Shown here piece after piece: positions 19,387 to 29,200 of a stretch of DNA of 64,000 nucleotides (the first letter of the stretch is position 1; every line of letters begins with the position of its first letter). The notes under the pieces were generated by a model, which did not search any database, had not been told where the DNA came from, and saw only the letters and a list, made by a program, of their open reading frames with translations. The translations under genes and the position numbers were made by a program. This stretch comes from Candidatus Sulfotelmatobacter sp. (GTDB lineage Bacteria > Acidobacteriota > Terriglobia > Terriglobales > Acidobacteriaceae): the NCBI GenBank assembly GCA_035568275.1, contig DATMOO010000150.1, positions 2,655 through 66,654 on the forward strand. The letters run 5' to 3'.

Positions 19387-20910
19387 GTGATCAGCCGCAC
19401 CAGTCGGGATCTTCTCCATGTTCACGCCGAGCGGCACGGCGGAAGGACAGCAGTCGTCGATTCGCAGGGAACGTTCACTTATCTCGAACTGCTTGATGCC
19501 TCGATGCGCGTGGCCACCGCGCTACTGGCCGGCCAGGAGGATCTGCACCAAGCTCGCGTGGCGTTTCTGGTTACGCCAGGATTTCAGTGGGTTGCTGTGC
19601 AGTGGGGTATTTGGCGGGCAGGTGGCGTTGCTGTTCCGCTACCGCTAAGTTCCACGAAGCCCGAGCTGGAATATCTTATCGACGACAGCGCAACAGTGGC
19701 ATTGTTGTTCGACACTGCTGCTGCCGGTCTTTTGGAACCAATCGCCGCCGCTCGTGGGATTCGCGCATTTCCATGTGAGCATCTGCTCGCTTCTCAGACG
19801 GCGCGATTGCCGGAAGTCAGCAGCGAGCGTCGCGCGATGATTCTCTACACCAGTGGCACCACCAGCCGGCCCAAAGGCGCGGTCACTACTCATGCCAGCA
19901 TTACTGCGCAAATCATAAGCTTGGTGGAAGCTTGGGAGTGGTCTGCCGACGATGCTATTTTGCTTTGCCTGCCGTTGCATCACGTGCACGGAATCATCAA
20001 CGTTGTGTCTTGCGCGCTGTGGTCGGGAGCGACGTGCCACATGCTGCCGAGATTCGATGCGAATACGGTATGGGACCATATTGTCGGTGGCAGACTCACC
20101 TTGTTCATGGCGGTGCCGACCATATACGCGAAGCTCATCGCTACATGGGAGTTGGCCTCGCCGGCGCACCGCGCGGACCTGACACAGGCATGCGCCAGAT
20201 TGCGCTTGATGGTGTCCGGTTCGGCAGCATTGCCGGTGAGCACTCTGCACCGCTGGAAGGAAATCAGCGGCCACACTCTGCTTGAGCGTTACGGCATGAC
20301 GGAGATCGGCATGGCACTTTCGAACCCGTTGCGGGGCGAGCGTGTACCAGGCAGCGTGGGTACACCGCTGCCGAGCGTCGAAGTTCAACTTGTGGGAGAC
20401 AAGGCTAATCCGGTTCCGCCCGGAACGCCGGGCGAAATCGAAGTCCGTGGTCCGAACGTTTTCACGGAGTACTGGGGCCAGCCCGACGCAACACGCGATG
20501 CCTTCCGCGATGGCTGGTTTCGCACCGGCGACACTGCGGTGGTCGAGGGCGGTGTGTATCGCATTCTTGGCCGGGCGAACGTCGACATCCTCAAGACTGG
20601 CGGACATAAGGTATCAGCGCTGGAAATTGAGCAGGCGTTGCGCGCACATCCTGCGGTAGCGGAATGTGCCGTCGTCGGCGTACCGGATCCTGAGTGGGGA
20701 GAGCGCGTCGCTGCCGCCGTTGTGCTGCACGTTGGCGCTGGATTGGATCTCTCGTCTTTACGTGCCTGGGCCAAGGAATCACTAGCCACTCACAAACTGC
20801 CTTCCCGCCTTCTCGTGATGGATGCGCTTCCTCGCAATGCGATGGAGAAGGTAATAAAGCCCGCACTAGTAAAAATGTTTCAGACTTCGGGCAGCGATCC
20901 CACGGCCTAG
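19387..20910 (+). CDS. AMP-dependent acyl-CoA synthetase/ligase
   Basis: GTG start. AMP-binding motifs are present (ILYTSGTTSRPKGAV, GEIEVRGPNVFTEYWG, WFRTGD, LKTGGHKV). The substrate is not assignable by eye. Confidence 0.85.
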   Translation: MISRTSRDLLHVHAERHGGRTAVVDSQGTFTYLELLDASMRVATALLAGQEDLHQARVAFLVTPGFQWVAVQWGIWRAGGVAVPLPLSSTKPELEYLIDDSATVALLFDTAAAGLLEPIAAARGIRAFPCEHLLASQTARLPEVSSERRAMILYTSGTTSRPKGAVTTHASITAQIISLVEAWEWSADDAILLCLPLHHVHGIINVVSCALWSGATCHMLPRFDANTVWDHIVGGRLTLFMAVPTIYAKLIATWELASPAHRADLTQACARLRLMVSGSAALPVSTLHRWKEISGHTLLERYGMTEIGMALSNPLRGERVPGSVGTPLPSVEVQLVGDKANPVPPGTPGEIEVRGPNVFTEYWGQPDATRDAFRDGWFRTGDTAVVEGGVYRILGRANVDILKTGGHKVSALEIEQALRAHPAVAECAVVGVPDPEWGERVAAAVVLHVGAGLDLSSLRAWAKESLATHKLPSRLLVMDALPRNAMEKVIKPALVKMFQTSGSDPTA

Positions 20911-20934
20911 GTATTCCTGCTAGCGCCGCATGTT

Positions 20935-22260
20935 ATGCTCCTGCCCACGGAGAAGAAAAACCGCGTGGCTGTTGGAGTAGCGAATCGGCCGATCCGCACG
21001 AAGCTCTCACGGGACCAAATCACGGGATTCTGGGGAGCGTGGGCCGGATGGACACTTGACGGCATGGATTCGGTGATCTATGCACTGGTCCTCAGTCCCG
21101 CACTCACGGAACTGCTTCCGAAGTCTGGCTACGAAGCCACTCCAGCCAACGTCGGGTTCGCCGGATCGATTCTGTTTGCTCTCTTCCTTGTGGGATGGGG
21201 ACTGTCGCTAATTTGGGGGCTGATTGCCGATAGGTTTGGGCGCAGCCGTGTGCTCGCTGCCACCATCTTTGTTTATGCCACATTCACGGGCCTGGCTGCG
21301 TTATCGCAGACGGTGTGGCAATTGGGATTGTTCCGGCTGCTCGCGGGGATTGGCATCGGTGGCGAGTGGGCGCTGGCGGGAACGTACGTTGCCGAAGCGT
21401 GGCCGGAAGATCGCCGCAAAATGGGCGCGGGATATTTGCAGACTGGCTACTATGCCGGTTTTTTCCTGGCGTCCGCTCTTAACTATACGATCGCAGCGCG
21501 CTATGGCTGGCGTGCCATGTTCTGGTGCGGGCTAACGCCCGTCGTCGTGGCTACCTTTGTTCTGTCCCGAGTGAAAGAACCTGAGCGCTGGAAGGAAAAG
21601 GTCAAAGTGAAAGCCGATGGCGGACTTTCGTCTCTGCGGCGAATCTTCAATCCTCCTTACACAAGGCGCACGCTGGTCAACACTCTTCTATTGGCATCGG
21701 CCATTTGTGGCTTGTGGGCGGCAGCCGTGTATGCGCCGACGGCGGTCATCAGCCTCGCTAAACGTGAGGGCACATCACAAGCGGAAGCCGTGCGGACATC
21801 TTCCTTCGGAATGGGGTTGCTATCGTTGGGGACGATCCTTGGATGCCTGGCAGTCCCTCCATTGGCCGAACGAATTGGCCGCAAGCGAACTCTCGCTTTC
21901 TACTTTCTCGGCATGGCAATTTGTATTCTGCTGAGCTTTGGCTGGGCGTTCTACCTGGCGCACGGATTACGCCAATTCATCGCAGTGCTGTTCTTCCTGG
22001 GCTTCTTTGGCGGGAACTTCACGATCTTCAGTCTCTGGCTGCCAGAGCAATACCCGACCGCGGTTCGCGCGACCGCGTTTGCCTTCACGACTTCGTTCGG
22101 ACGTTTCATTGCTGCCGGGGTGAACTTCGCTCTCGGAGCGCTGGTCAGCCGGATGGGAACTCTCGGTAAGCCGGTTGCGTTTACGTCGATTGCCTTTGGA
22201 ATCGGTTTGTTGGTCATTCCCCTCGCAGTGGAAACTCGGGGAAGAGTTCTGCCTGACTAA
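20935..22260 (+). CDS. MFS transporter
   Basis: 441 aa with 12 predicted TM segments and an MFS loop motif (GLIADRFGRSRVL). Confidence 0.85.
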   Translation: MLLPTEKKNRVAVGVANRPIRTKLSRDQITGFWGAWAGWTLDGMDSVIYALVLSPALTELLPKSGYEATPANVGFAGSILFALFLVGWGLSLIWGLIADRFGRSRVLAATIFVYATFTGLAALSQTVWQLGLFRLLAGIGIGGEWALAGTYVAEAWPEDRRKMGAGYLQTGYYAGFFLASALNYTIAARYGWRAMFWCGLTPVVVATFVLSRVKEPERWKEKVKVKADGGLSSLRRIFNPPYTRRTLVNTLLLASAICGLWAAAVYAPTAVISLAKREGTSQAEAVRTSSFGMGLLSLGTILGCLAVPPLAERIGRKRTLAFYFLGMAICILLSFGWAFYLAHGLRQFIAVLFFLGFFGGNFTIFSLWLPEQYPTAVRATAFAFTTSFGRFIAAGVNFALGALVSRMGTLGKPVAFTSIAFGIGLLVIPLAVETRGRVLPD

Positions 22261-22288
22261 AGAGGGCACAGCATATTTTCTTTCGAAA

Positions 22289-23500
22289 CTAGTGCGCGGT
22301 ATTCGCCAAACCGAGATAGTTGCCGTAGCCAACAATCATTGTCGATGCAACCAACAGAAAGAGTGCTAAAGCAAGAAGTGATCCGGCACGAGTACCGGCG
22401 CCTTTCCACTCTTTGAAGCCGATTCCCCAAAGGCTGCTGAAAATGATGATGCTGGCCATGTGTAGCGTCCAACTAGAGAAGCCATAGTGTCCCATCTGGC
22501 TCTCGCCCATGGTGTAGAAGAAGAATTGGAAGTACCAGGTTGTGCCTGCCAGAGCGCAGAGAAGATAGTTGCGAAGCATGGGCGCCTGGACGACGACCGG
22601 CGGCGGCGCTTCGGACATCAGGGCAACCCGAGTTCCTCCCTGGCGAGATGAGCCGATATGCTCCACCACTTCGCGGCTGGGCGCGTCGACTGCAGTCTCG
22701 ATGATCGGTTCGTCCTTAGGCCCGTTCACTCGAATCTGCGAATCGAAGAACTGATAGCCAGTCTTGTTGCGCGTGAGAAGGATCAAGCACCAGATGAAGT
22801 TGGTGAGGAAACCGCCCACTAAGACCACGATCAGCACTGGCAATCCCTGCCATAGTTTGGCGGTACCGTGCTGCAGGGTGAGAGTCTTAATCGGATCACC
22901 TGCCGCCAACCCGTAAGCAAAGCACGCGCTCATGACACCGGAGAGAACAGCGACGCCAATCCCTTTTCGCAGATCGAACTCTTGAATTGCAGCTCTTTGC
23001 TGCTCGGGTGACATGACGCGCTCCTTGGAAATACCTGCCAGGCCAGCCGCGGTAATTCCGGCGAGACAGACGAAAATTCCGAACAGAATCACGCGGCCTG
23101 AAGAAGTGCCGACAACCTGGGTCACGAATTCGCCACGGAAAATTGGGGGCATGAGCGTGCCAAAAGCGGCGCACAGCCCAAGCACAACCGCCATCCCTAG
23201 TGACAGGCCGAGGTAACGCATGGTGAGACCGAAGGTGAGTCCGCCGACGCCCCACAACAGTCCGAAGAAGAAAGCCCAGAAAAGCGCGGACCCAGGCGCT
23301 TGACCCAGCACAGCGAAGAGATCTTTGGTGAGGAGCGAAGCCAGAACCCACGGGGCGATGATCCAACTGAAGAATCCCCCCGCCAGCCAGTACGTCTCCC
23401 ATGCCCAGTGCTTCACGCCCTTATAGGGAACGTAGAAGCTGCCCGAGGCCAGGCCGCCGAGCCAGTGAAAAAGGACTCCCAGTGCCGGGTTTGGATTCAT
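22289..23500 (-). CDS. rhaT: L-rhamnose/H+ symporter (RhaT family)
   Basis: The N-terminus (NPALGVLFHWLGGLASGSFYVPYKGVKHWAWETYWL) is RhaT-like. It is the last gene of the rhamnose operon. Confidence 0.85.
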   Translation of the reverse strand: MNPNPALGVLFHWLGGLASGSFYVPYKGVKHWAWETYWLAGGFFSWIIAPWVLASLLTKDLFAVLGQAPGSALFWAFFFGLLWGVGGLTFGLTMRYLGLSLGMAVVLGLCAAFGTLMPPIFRGEFVTQVVGTSSGRVILFGIFVCLAGITAAGLAGISKERVMSPEQQRAAIQEFDLRKGIGVAVLSGVMSACFAYGLAAGDPIKTLTLQHGTAKLWQGLPVLIVVLVGGFLTNFIWCLILLTRNKTGYQFFDSQIRVNGPKDEPIIETAVDAPSREVVEHIGSSRQGGTRVALMSEAPPPVVVQAPMLRNYLLCALAGTTWYFQFFFYTMGESQMGHYGFSSWTLHMASIIIFSSLWGIGFKEWKGAGTRAGSLLALALFLLVASTMIVGYGNYLGLANTAH

Positions 23501-23517
23501 AGCTCCTCAAGTATGAC

Positions 23518-23835
23518 TTAAAGGTGGAAGACTTCCTCCAACGGACGCATTGCGCGATCGGGGAGAACTCCGTCGGGCTGAGCAAAAAAATCACCCATCT
23601 CCCGTTGCCATCTTTCGTTCACATCGCGCCGGGCCATCCCTGCGCGCGCGCGCTCAAAGTCCTCAGTCTCCAGATACCCGACGAGAAGACCGTCATTGCG
23701 CAGGAACAGGGAGTAATTCCCCCAGCCGGTTTCACGGAGAGCTGTTTGCATCTCGGGCCACACCTGACGGTGGCGTTTCTTGTACTCTTCGAGGCGTTCC
23801 GGCTTGACTTGTAGCACAAAGCAGATGCGCTGCAT
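23518..23835 (-). CDS. rhaM: L-rhamnose mutarotase
   Basis: MQRICFVLQVKPERLEEYKKRH..VWPEM parallels E. coli RhaM ([29 protein letters not shown]). The start at 23835 has AAGGAG upstream. Confidence 0.9.
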   Translation of the reverse strand: MQRICFVLQVKPERLEEYKKRHRQVWPEMQTALRETGWGNYSLFLRNDGLLVGYLETEDFERARAGMARRDVNERWQREMGDFFAQPDGVLPDRAMRPLEEVFHL

Positions 23836-23859
23836 CTCCAGCTCCTTAACAAAAATCAC

Positions 23860-26076
23860 CTAACGAAGATAGGCTTCTGATAAGCCACCATCTACCGGGA
23901 TCACATGTCCAGTCGTCTTGCCGCTCTGATCACCGGCCAGCCAGACGATCGCATTCGCGCAATCTTGCGGCAGTATGGGGCGCTTAGTCAGCGTGCGCTG
24001 CGCGTAGAAATCGGCTAGCTTGCCACGCAGCTCTTCCGTCGTCTCGGACTCTGAGAATTCGATTTTGTACTTCTGCAGGGATTGCATGACGCGATCGCGC
24101 GGGAACATTGTGGATCCAGCGACGACCGTTGCTGGCGCGATCCCATTCACCCGTACATGAGGGCTGAGCTTGATGGCGAGTTCGCGAATCAAGTGATTCA
24201 AGGCGGTCTTGCTCGTGTCGTAGGCCTCGCTGCCTTTCTTGGGAACCACTGCATTTGCTGAACTGGTAAGGACCATCGTGACAGGCAGGCTTTGATCTTT
24301 GAATACCCAATCGGTTTGGCGGGCTAGGAGGTAATTCCCGGTTACATTCACCAGAAATGTCTTAGCCCATTGTGCTTCAGAAAGCTCTCCATCGGGACCG
24401 GGCACAGGATAAATCGCTGCGGTGTTCACAACGATATCAATGCCGCCAAACTTCGAAATTGTGAATCGGACCGTTTCGGCTAGAGACTGGGATGAACTGA
24501 GATCAACGGCGGTCGCGGCTACCAATTCTGTCGAACTGTGGGCGCCGATCTCCTCAGCTACTTTGCTGCCGCCTGTCTGATCGAAATCGGCAACAACAAC
24601 GTGTGCTCCCCTGCGGCCGAGGAGTAGGGCCACTTCACGGCCGATTCCGCTGGCTCCTCCGATGACGAGGGCGATCTTGCGGCTGAACTCCGCTTCGGCG
24701 GGCATGCGCTGGAGTTTAGCTTCTTCCAGAGCCCAATACTCGATGCGGAATGCCTCCGATCGTGGCAACGCAACATAGTTGTGAAATTCAGTGAATTGTT
24801 TGGACTGCTCCGCAGTCCGTGCCTGTGGCAGCGGATGGGAGACTTTCCCGTCCTCCAGAGCATTAGCTCCCGCCATCACATGGATGGCGTTGATAAAGAA
24901 CTCAGTCGTGATCCGGGCTTCCTTTTTGTTCTTACCAAAGCCGAAGAGGCCCAGTCCGGGGATGACAACGACCGACGGATTCGAGTCGCGAAGTTTGGGG
25001 GACTCGCTGCTGGCCCACTCTTCGTAATACTTCGTATAGCCTTCACGATAGCCAGCAACCTCGTTATGGATGCGGTTCTTAAGGGCCTGAACGTCTTCTT
25101 TGGCAGGATCCCAACCGATGAACCACGGACTGACTCGTGTTCGCAAGAAGTGGTCGGGACAACTGGTTCCAAGAGAGCTCAGTTCCTTGACCCACTTCGA
25201 TCCGGCAAAGGCTAGTGCATCGTCATCGTCGGCATAATGCGCGACGACTCGGCGGTGCGAGGAGACCGTGCCGCGCAGCGCGGGAAGAATCTGCGTGGCG
25301 ATGGCCTTGCGGTCCTTAACCGGGGGATGCTTGACCCCGCCGAACAGAGAACCCTTCTTTGCCTGATGCTGCTGAATGAATTCTCCCATCTGGTCGATGG
25401 TGTGGACGCTGTTCAGATAGCAGTCCCGCTGCGTCATTCCCCACGTGAACAGGCCGTGGCCTCCGAGGATCAAGCCTTCGACGCCGGGGTTCTCTTTGAC
25501 GGCTCGTTCAATGAGCAGTGCCAGTTCAAAGCCTGGCCGTTGCCATGGAACCCAGACGATTTTGCGTCCGAATTCCTTGTTGAATTGATCCAGCTGACGT
25601 TTGCCATTTGCGCTGGCAGCCAGTGCAATCGCCCAGTCGGGATGCAGATGATCGACATGCGTAAACGGAAGGAACGCATGCAAAGGAGTATCGATAGACG
25701 CCGCCACGCGATTCTCGCCAAAGGCAGAGAGTGGATAGTAGCGCACCATCTCATCCTCATACTTCTCGCCGCGGTACAGTTCCTTCAGTTGCTCCATGCG
25801 ATCGAGATAAAGAAGAGCGAATCCCGACTCGGCAATCGAGCCGATGTCGCCGCCACTGCCCTTGACCGCCAGCACGCGGACCGGTGTTCCGGTAAATGGG
25901 TCGGGCAGATCGATCTTTGAACTCGTGTTTCCGCCGCCGAAGTTGGTGATGCGGAGATCCGCGCCCAGCAAATTGGAGCGGTATCGCAAAAGCGCCAGTT
26001 GATTGTCACCTAGTTCGCGGGCGTGGGGCTCGTTCCACAAGTCTTTCAAATACGTTGTTTCTTTAATTTCAGGCAT
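23860..26076 (-). CDS. rhaEW: Bifunctional L-rhamnulose-1-phosphate aldolase / short-chain dehydrogenase (RhaEW-type, lactaldehyde dehydrogenase half)
   Basis: 738 aa. It has an N-terminal class II aldolase/adducin-like region and a C-terminal SDR (IALVIGGASGIGRE...; YDTSKTALNHL). It sits in a rhamnose-operon context. Confidence 0.85.
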   Translation of the reverse strand: MPEIKETTYLKDLWNEPHARELGDNQLALLRYRSNLLGADLRITNFGGGNTSSKIDLPDPFTGTPVRVLAVKGSGGDIGSIAESGFALLYLDRMEQLKELYRGEKYEDEMVRYYPLSAFGENRVAASIDTPLHAFLPFTHVDHLHPDWAIALAASANGKRQLDQFNKEFGRKIVWVPWQRPGFELALLIERAVKENPGVEGLILGGHGLFTWGMTQRDCYLNSVHTIDQMGEFIQQHQAKKGSLFGGVKHPPVKDRKAIATQILPALRGTVSSHRRVVAHYADDDDALAFAGSKWVKELSSLGTSCPDHFLRTRVSPWFIGWDPAKEDVQALKNRIHNEVAGYREGYTKYYEEWASSESPKLRDSNPSVVVIPGLGLFGFGKNKKEARITTEFFINAIHVMAGANALEDGKVSHPLPQARTAEQSKQFTEFHNYVALPRSEAFRIEYWALEEAKLQRMPAEAEFSRKIALVIGGASGIGREVALLLGRRGAHVVVADFDQTGGSKVAEEIGAHSSTELVAATAVDLSSSQSLAETVRFTISKFGGIDIVVNTAAIYPVPGPDGELSEAQWAKTFLVNVTGNYLLARQTDWVFKDQSLPVTMVLTSSANAVVPKKGSEAYDTSKTALNHLIRELAIKLSPHVRVNGIAPATVVAGSTMFPRDRVMQSLQKYKIEFSESETTEELRGKLADFYAQRTLTKRPILPQDCANAIVWLAGDQSGKTTGHVIPVDGGLSEAYLR

Positions 26077-27556
26077 AAGTCATCTCGCAATACTGTTCGA
26101 ATCGCTCGGTCTGGCGCGTCCAATTGTCAGTCTCTACCGGATCGAAGACCTCCGTCGGAAAGGATCGGTCGATGATGCTGCGCACCTGCTGAAGCGACGA
26201 AGCTTCGCCGGTTGCCAGGATTTGCATGGCGATGTTCCCCAGTGCGGTGGCCTCGGCGGGCCCAGCCAGCACCCTTTTCCCCGTCGCATCGGCAGTGAAC
26301 TGATTGAGCAATCGATTCTTCGAGCCACCGCCGATCACGCGAACCTGATCGATGCGCTTTCCGCACAACTGCTCCAGACTGCGCAAAACCAGTCGATACT
26401 TCAGGGCCAGACTCTCGAGTATGCATCGCACATAGGCGCCCGGAGTCGCCGGTGTGGGTTGATGCGTCTTCCGGCAAAATTGATCGATGGCGGTGAGCAT
26501 ATCGGTTGGATGAAGGAAGGCTTCGTCATCCGGATCAACGAGATGAGTGAAGGCGGGTTCGCGACTTGCCAATTCGACCAGCTCCCGATAGTCAGAACCC
26601 TGCCCCCGTGGGCTCCAGCAATTTCTGCAACCCTGCAACATCCAGAGTCCCATCACGTTCTTCAGCAGCCGCGTCGTTCCGTTCACTCCGCCTTCATTGG
26701 TGAAGTTCAACCTAAGTGCCTCGCTAGTGACGATGGGTGCATCGAGTTCGGTGCCAATCAGCGACCAGGTTCCGGAACTCAAGAACGCAGTGCCGTCGCG
26801 AGCTGTGATCGCGGCGACGGCAGATCCGGTATCGTGGCAGGCGGGAGCAATCACCGGAGTCCCCGCCAAAGAGGAGTTCAGCGCGAGGGATGGGAGGATC
26901 GTGCCTAAGATCGAGCCCGGCTCGACGATCGGTGCCGGCGGGCTGGAGTTCAGCCCTAGCTTGTGCATGAGATCGATTGCCCATGTGCGCTTGACCGGAT
27001 CGACGAGTTGGGTCGTCGTTGCATTCGTAAATTCGCAAACCGCATTCCCGGTCAGCCAATAGTTGAAGAGGTCCGGTATGGTGAGCCATTGCTTCGCTGC
27101 CGCGATGATTGTGGGCGTGTCGCGCTGAGCAGCGTAGAGCTGATAGAGCGTATTGATGGGCATGAACTGGATGCCCGTCGCCCGATAGATCTGATCCCTC
27201 GCGACCTTTCGAAAAACGTCGTCCATCACGCCCTCGGTGCGGCGGTCGCGATAGTGATAGGGATTCTGAAGCAATTCACCGCGCTCGCCGAGCAAAGCGT
27301 AATCCACGCCCCACGCGTCCACGCCGATCCCCGCCAGTTCCATCTGTTCCACGCAAGTCAAGGCCTTCCGCACCTCGAACCAGAGGCGAGGAGCGTCCCA
27401 GTGAAGGGAACCGCCGTACTCAACGGGTTCATTCCGAAAGCGATGGACTTCCTCGGTTGTCAGAATGCCGGATTGCAGACGCGCCAGAACTGCGCGTCCG
27501 CTTTCGGCTCCGAAATCGAAGGCCAGATAAGGTTTCGGGTGAGTGGGGCTAGGCAT
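26069..27556 (-). CDS. rhaB: Rhamnulokinase (FGGY family)
   Basis: 495 aa with an FGGY kinase N-terminus (YLAFDFGAESGR) and a C-terminal GGGS.N motif (IGGGSKNRLLNQFTADATG). It has 8-nt overlaps with both neighbours. Confidence 0.9.
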   Translation of the reverse strand: MPSPTHPKPYLAFDFGAESGRAVLARLQSGILTTEEVHRFRNEPVEYGGSLHWDAPRLWFEVRKALTCVEQMELAGIGVDAWGVDYALLGERGELLQNPYHYRDRRTEGVMDDVFRKVARDQIYRATGIQFMPINTLYQLYAAQRDTPTIIAAAKQWLTIPDLFNYWLTGNAVCEFTNATTTQLVDPVKRTWAIDLMHKLGLNSSPPAPIVEPGSILGTILPSLALNSSLAGTPVIAPACHDTGSAVAAITARDGTAFLSSGTWSLIGTELDAPIVTSEALRLNFTNEGGVNGTTRLLKNVMGLWMLQGCRNCWSPRGQGSDYRELVELASREPAFTHLVDPDDEAFLHPTDMLTAIDQFCRKTHQPTPATPGAYVRCILESLALKYRLVLRSLEQLCGKRIDQVRVIGGGSKNRLLNQFTADATGKRVLAGPAEATALGNIAMQILATGEASSLQQVRSIIDRSFPTEVFDPVETDNWTRQTERFEQYCEMTYA

Positions 27557-28739
27557 ACGAAGACACGTTTTGGGAATTCTTCACCGCCCGCTCTTTCGTG
27601 ATGCGTTCCAGGTAGCCACTCTGCCGGAAGGCTTCCATCGGGTCTTTTGGCAGTCCCTTGGTCTCTCGCCACTCCTGGATTGCGGGTCGGACATCGGTTG
27701 CGAAGGCGTCCTGCAACGCCGTTTCGGCATCGACCAGATTGCAGCTCTTCTGGGCTGTCGCGAGCTTCTTCGTATCGACTAGCGCTGCTTTGGCGAAGAG
27801 TTGCTGGGCCATGGTCACAGTCTGAATCATGGCTTCCATCTTGCCTTTCAGGTTATGGCTCTGATCGACCATGTAGGCGATGTCGGCGCGCTGGCCGGTT
27901 TCCCATTCAAAGAAGTGGATCTCATGGAAGATGCGAAATACCTGATAAGGATCGATGGAACCCATGGTCAGGTCGTCATCGGCGTAGCGGCGATCATTGA
28001 AGTGGAAACCGCCCAGCATGTTCTCGCACAAAAGCCAGGCAACGATTTGTTCAATATTTTGCGCCGCGTAGTGGTGCCCCGTATCGACCAGAACCTTGGC
28101 TTGCGGGCCGGCCGCGCGTGACAGCAGCAAAGCCATTCCCCAGTCTGCAATGTCGGTGTGATAGAAGGCAGGCTCGAACGGTTTGTACTCGACCAGCATC
28201 CGTTGGTTCGGCGACAACTGCTGATGCGCCGTTTTCAGGCCGTCGGCGAACCATTCTTTGCGTTGCCGGATGTTGGCGGTGCCTGGATAATTCGATCCGT
28301 CGGCAAACCAAAATGAGATGTCTCTGCTGTTGAGCCGCCGCGCGATTTCAATGCTGTCTTTTGTGTGCCGCATGGCGCGCTGGCGGATGCCTTCATCCGG
28401 ATTGCCGAACGATCCATACTTGTATTCTTGATCCTGGAAAAGATTGGGATTGATGGATCCGGGAGCAACGGCATAACGGCTCGCGAAACGCTTGATCTCG
28501 TCTGTGCTTTGCACTCCAGCGGGACAGTCCCACAACACATGCAATGCCACTGTCGGACAGACACCTGTGAGGAGGTGCACCTGGCCCGCATCGCTGAACT
28601 TTTCCTCAGTAGTGGTGGCCGCTGCAAGTTGAATGAATTTTCCGAAACGGGTGCCGGTATTGGCGAATCCCCACGATGGCAACTCAATGCGGAATGTCTC
28701 AAGGGCGGCAAAAACCTTGTCACTCGTGGACGAACCCAT
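27549..28739 (-). CDS. rhaI: L-rhamnose isomerase, TIM-barrel RhaI type (non-RhaA)
   Basis: 396 aa with a xylose-isomerase-like TIM barrel (ELPSWGFANTGTRFG, VDTGHH, GFHFNDR.YADDDL). It is the first gene of the operon. Confidence 0.85.
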   Translation of the reverse strand: MGSSTSDKVFAALETFRIELPSWGFANTGTRFGKFIQLAAATTTEEKFSDAGQVHLLTGVCPTVALHVLWDCPAGVQSTDEIKRFASRYAVAPGSINPNLFQDQEYKYGSFGNPDEGIRQRAMRHTKDSIEIARRLNSRDISFWFADGSNYPGTANIRQRKEWFADGLKTAHQQLSPNQRMLVEYKPFEPAFYHTDIADWGMALLLSRAAGPQAKVLVDTGHHYAAQNIEQIVAWLLCENMLGGFHFNDRRYADDDLTMGSIDPYQVFRIFHEIHFFEWETGQRADIAYMVDQSHNLKGKMEAMIQTVTMAQQLFAKAALVDTKKLATAQKSCNLVDAETALQDAFATDVRPAIQEWRETKGLPKDPMEAFRQSGYLERITKERAVKNSQNVSSYA

Positions 28740-28813
28740 GCAAACCTCTCTTAGCGACGGAAGACTACATTCGATCTCTCACGCAGTCACGGTTTTCTTT
28801 GGCAAATCCTAGT

Positions 28814-28830
28814 GTTTCGCACAGCGAAAT
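28814..28830. promoter_or_regulatory. Candidate operator, 17-bp near-palindrome GTTTCGCACAGCGAAAT (site 1; between rhaI and the regulator gene)
   Basis: It is an inverted repeat GTTTCGC-ACA-GCGAAAT, 75 nt upstream of the rhaI ATG. Related copies lie in the other locus promoter regions (next four entries). Confidence 0.4.
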
Positions 28831-29200
28831 ACCTTAACAACACATCACGCGAGGCAAAGAGCCGAGAAGGCAAGATATCGATTCTGACCCCGATGACTTG
28901 CCTGCCCAATGTGCGAGTGCAGGCCGCCGCGCCGATTTCGCTTTGTAGAATCCAACGGTCAATTGCCGTTTGACGCGGAAGGGAGTTGCCCTGCAAATTC
29001 CGCGGCATTTACAGCATAAACGATTTTGTTGAGCGATACTGAGGACGATCAATCTTTCTGCCAAGAATTCCTGCGCAATAACAAATATCTTGCACCGGAA
29101 CTACTCTTGGTCCTTCCTTCGCTTGCTGGTGGCTCTGCCCATGTCGCCATCGCAAATTTCGCTTTGCAAAATGAAAAAAATGGATCATTATGTCGCACAT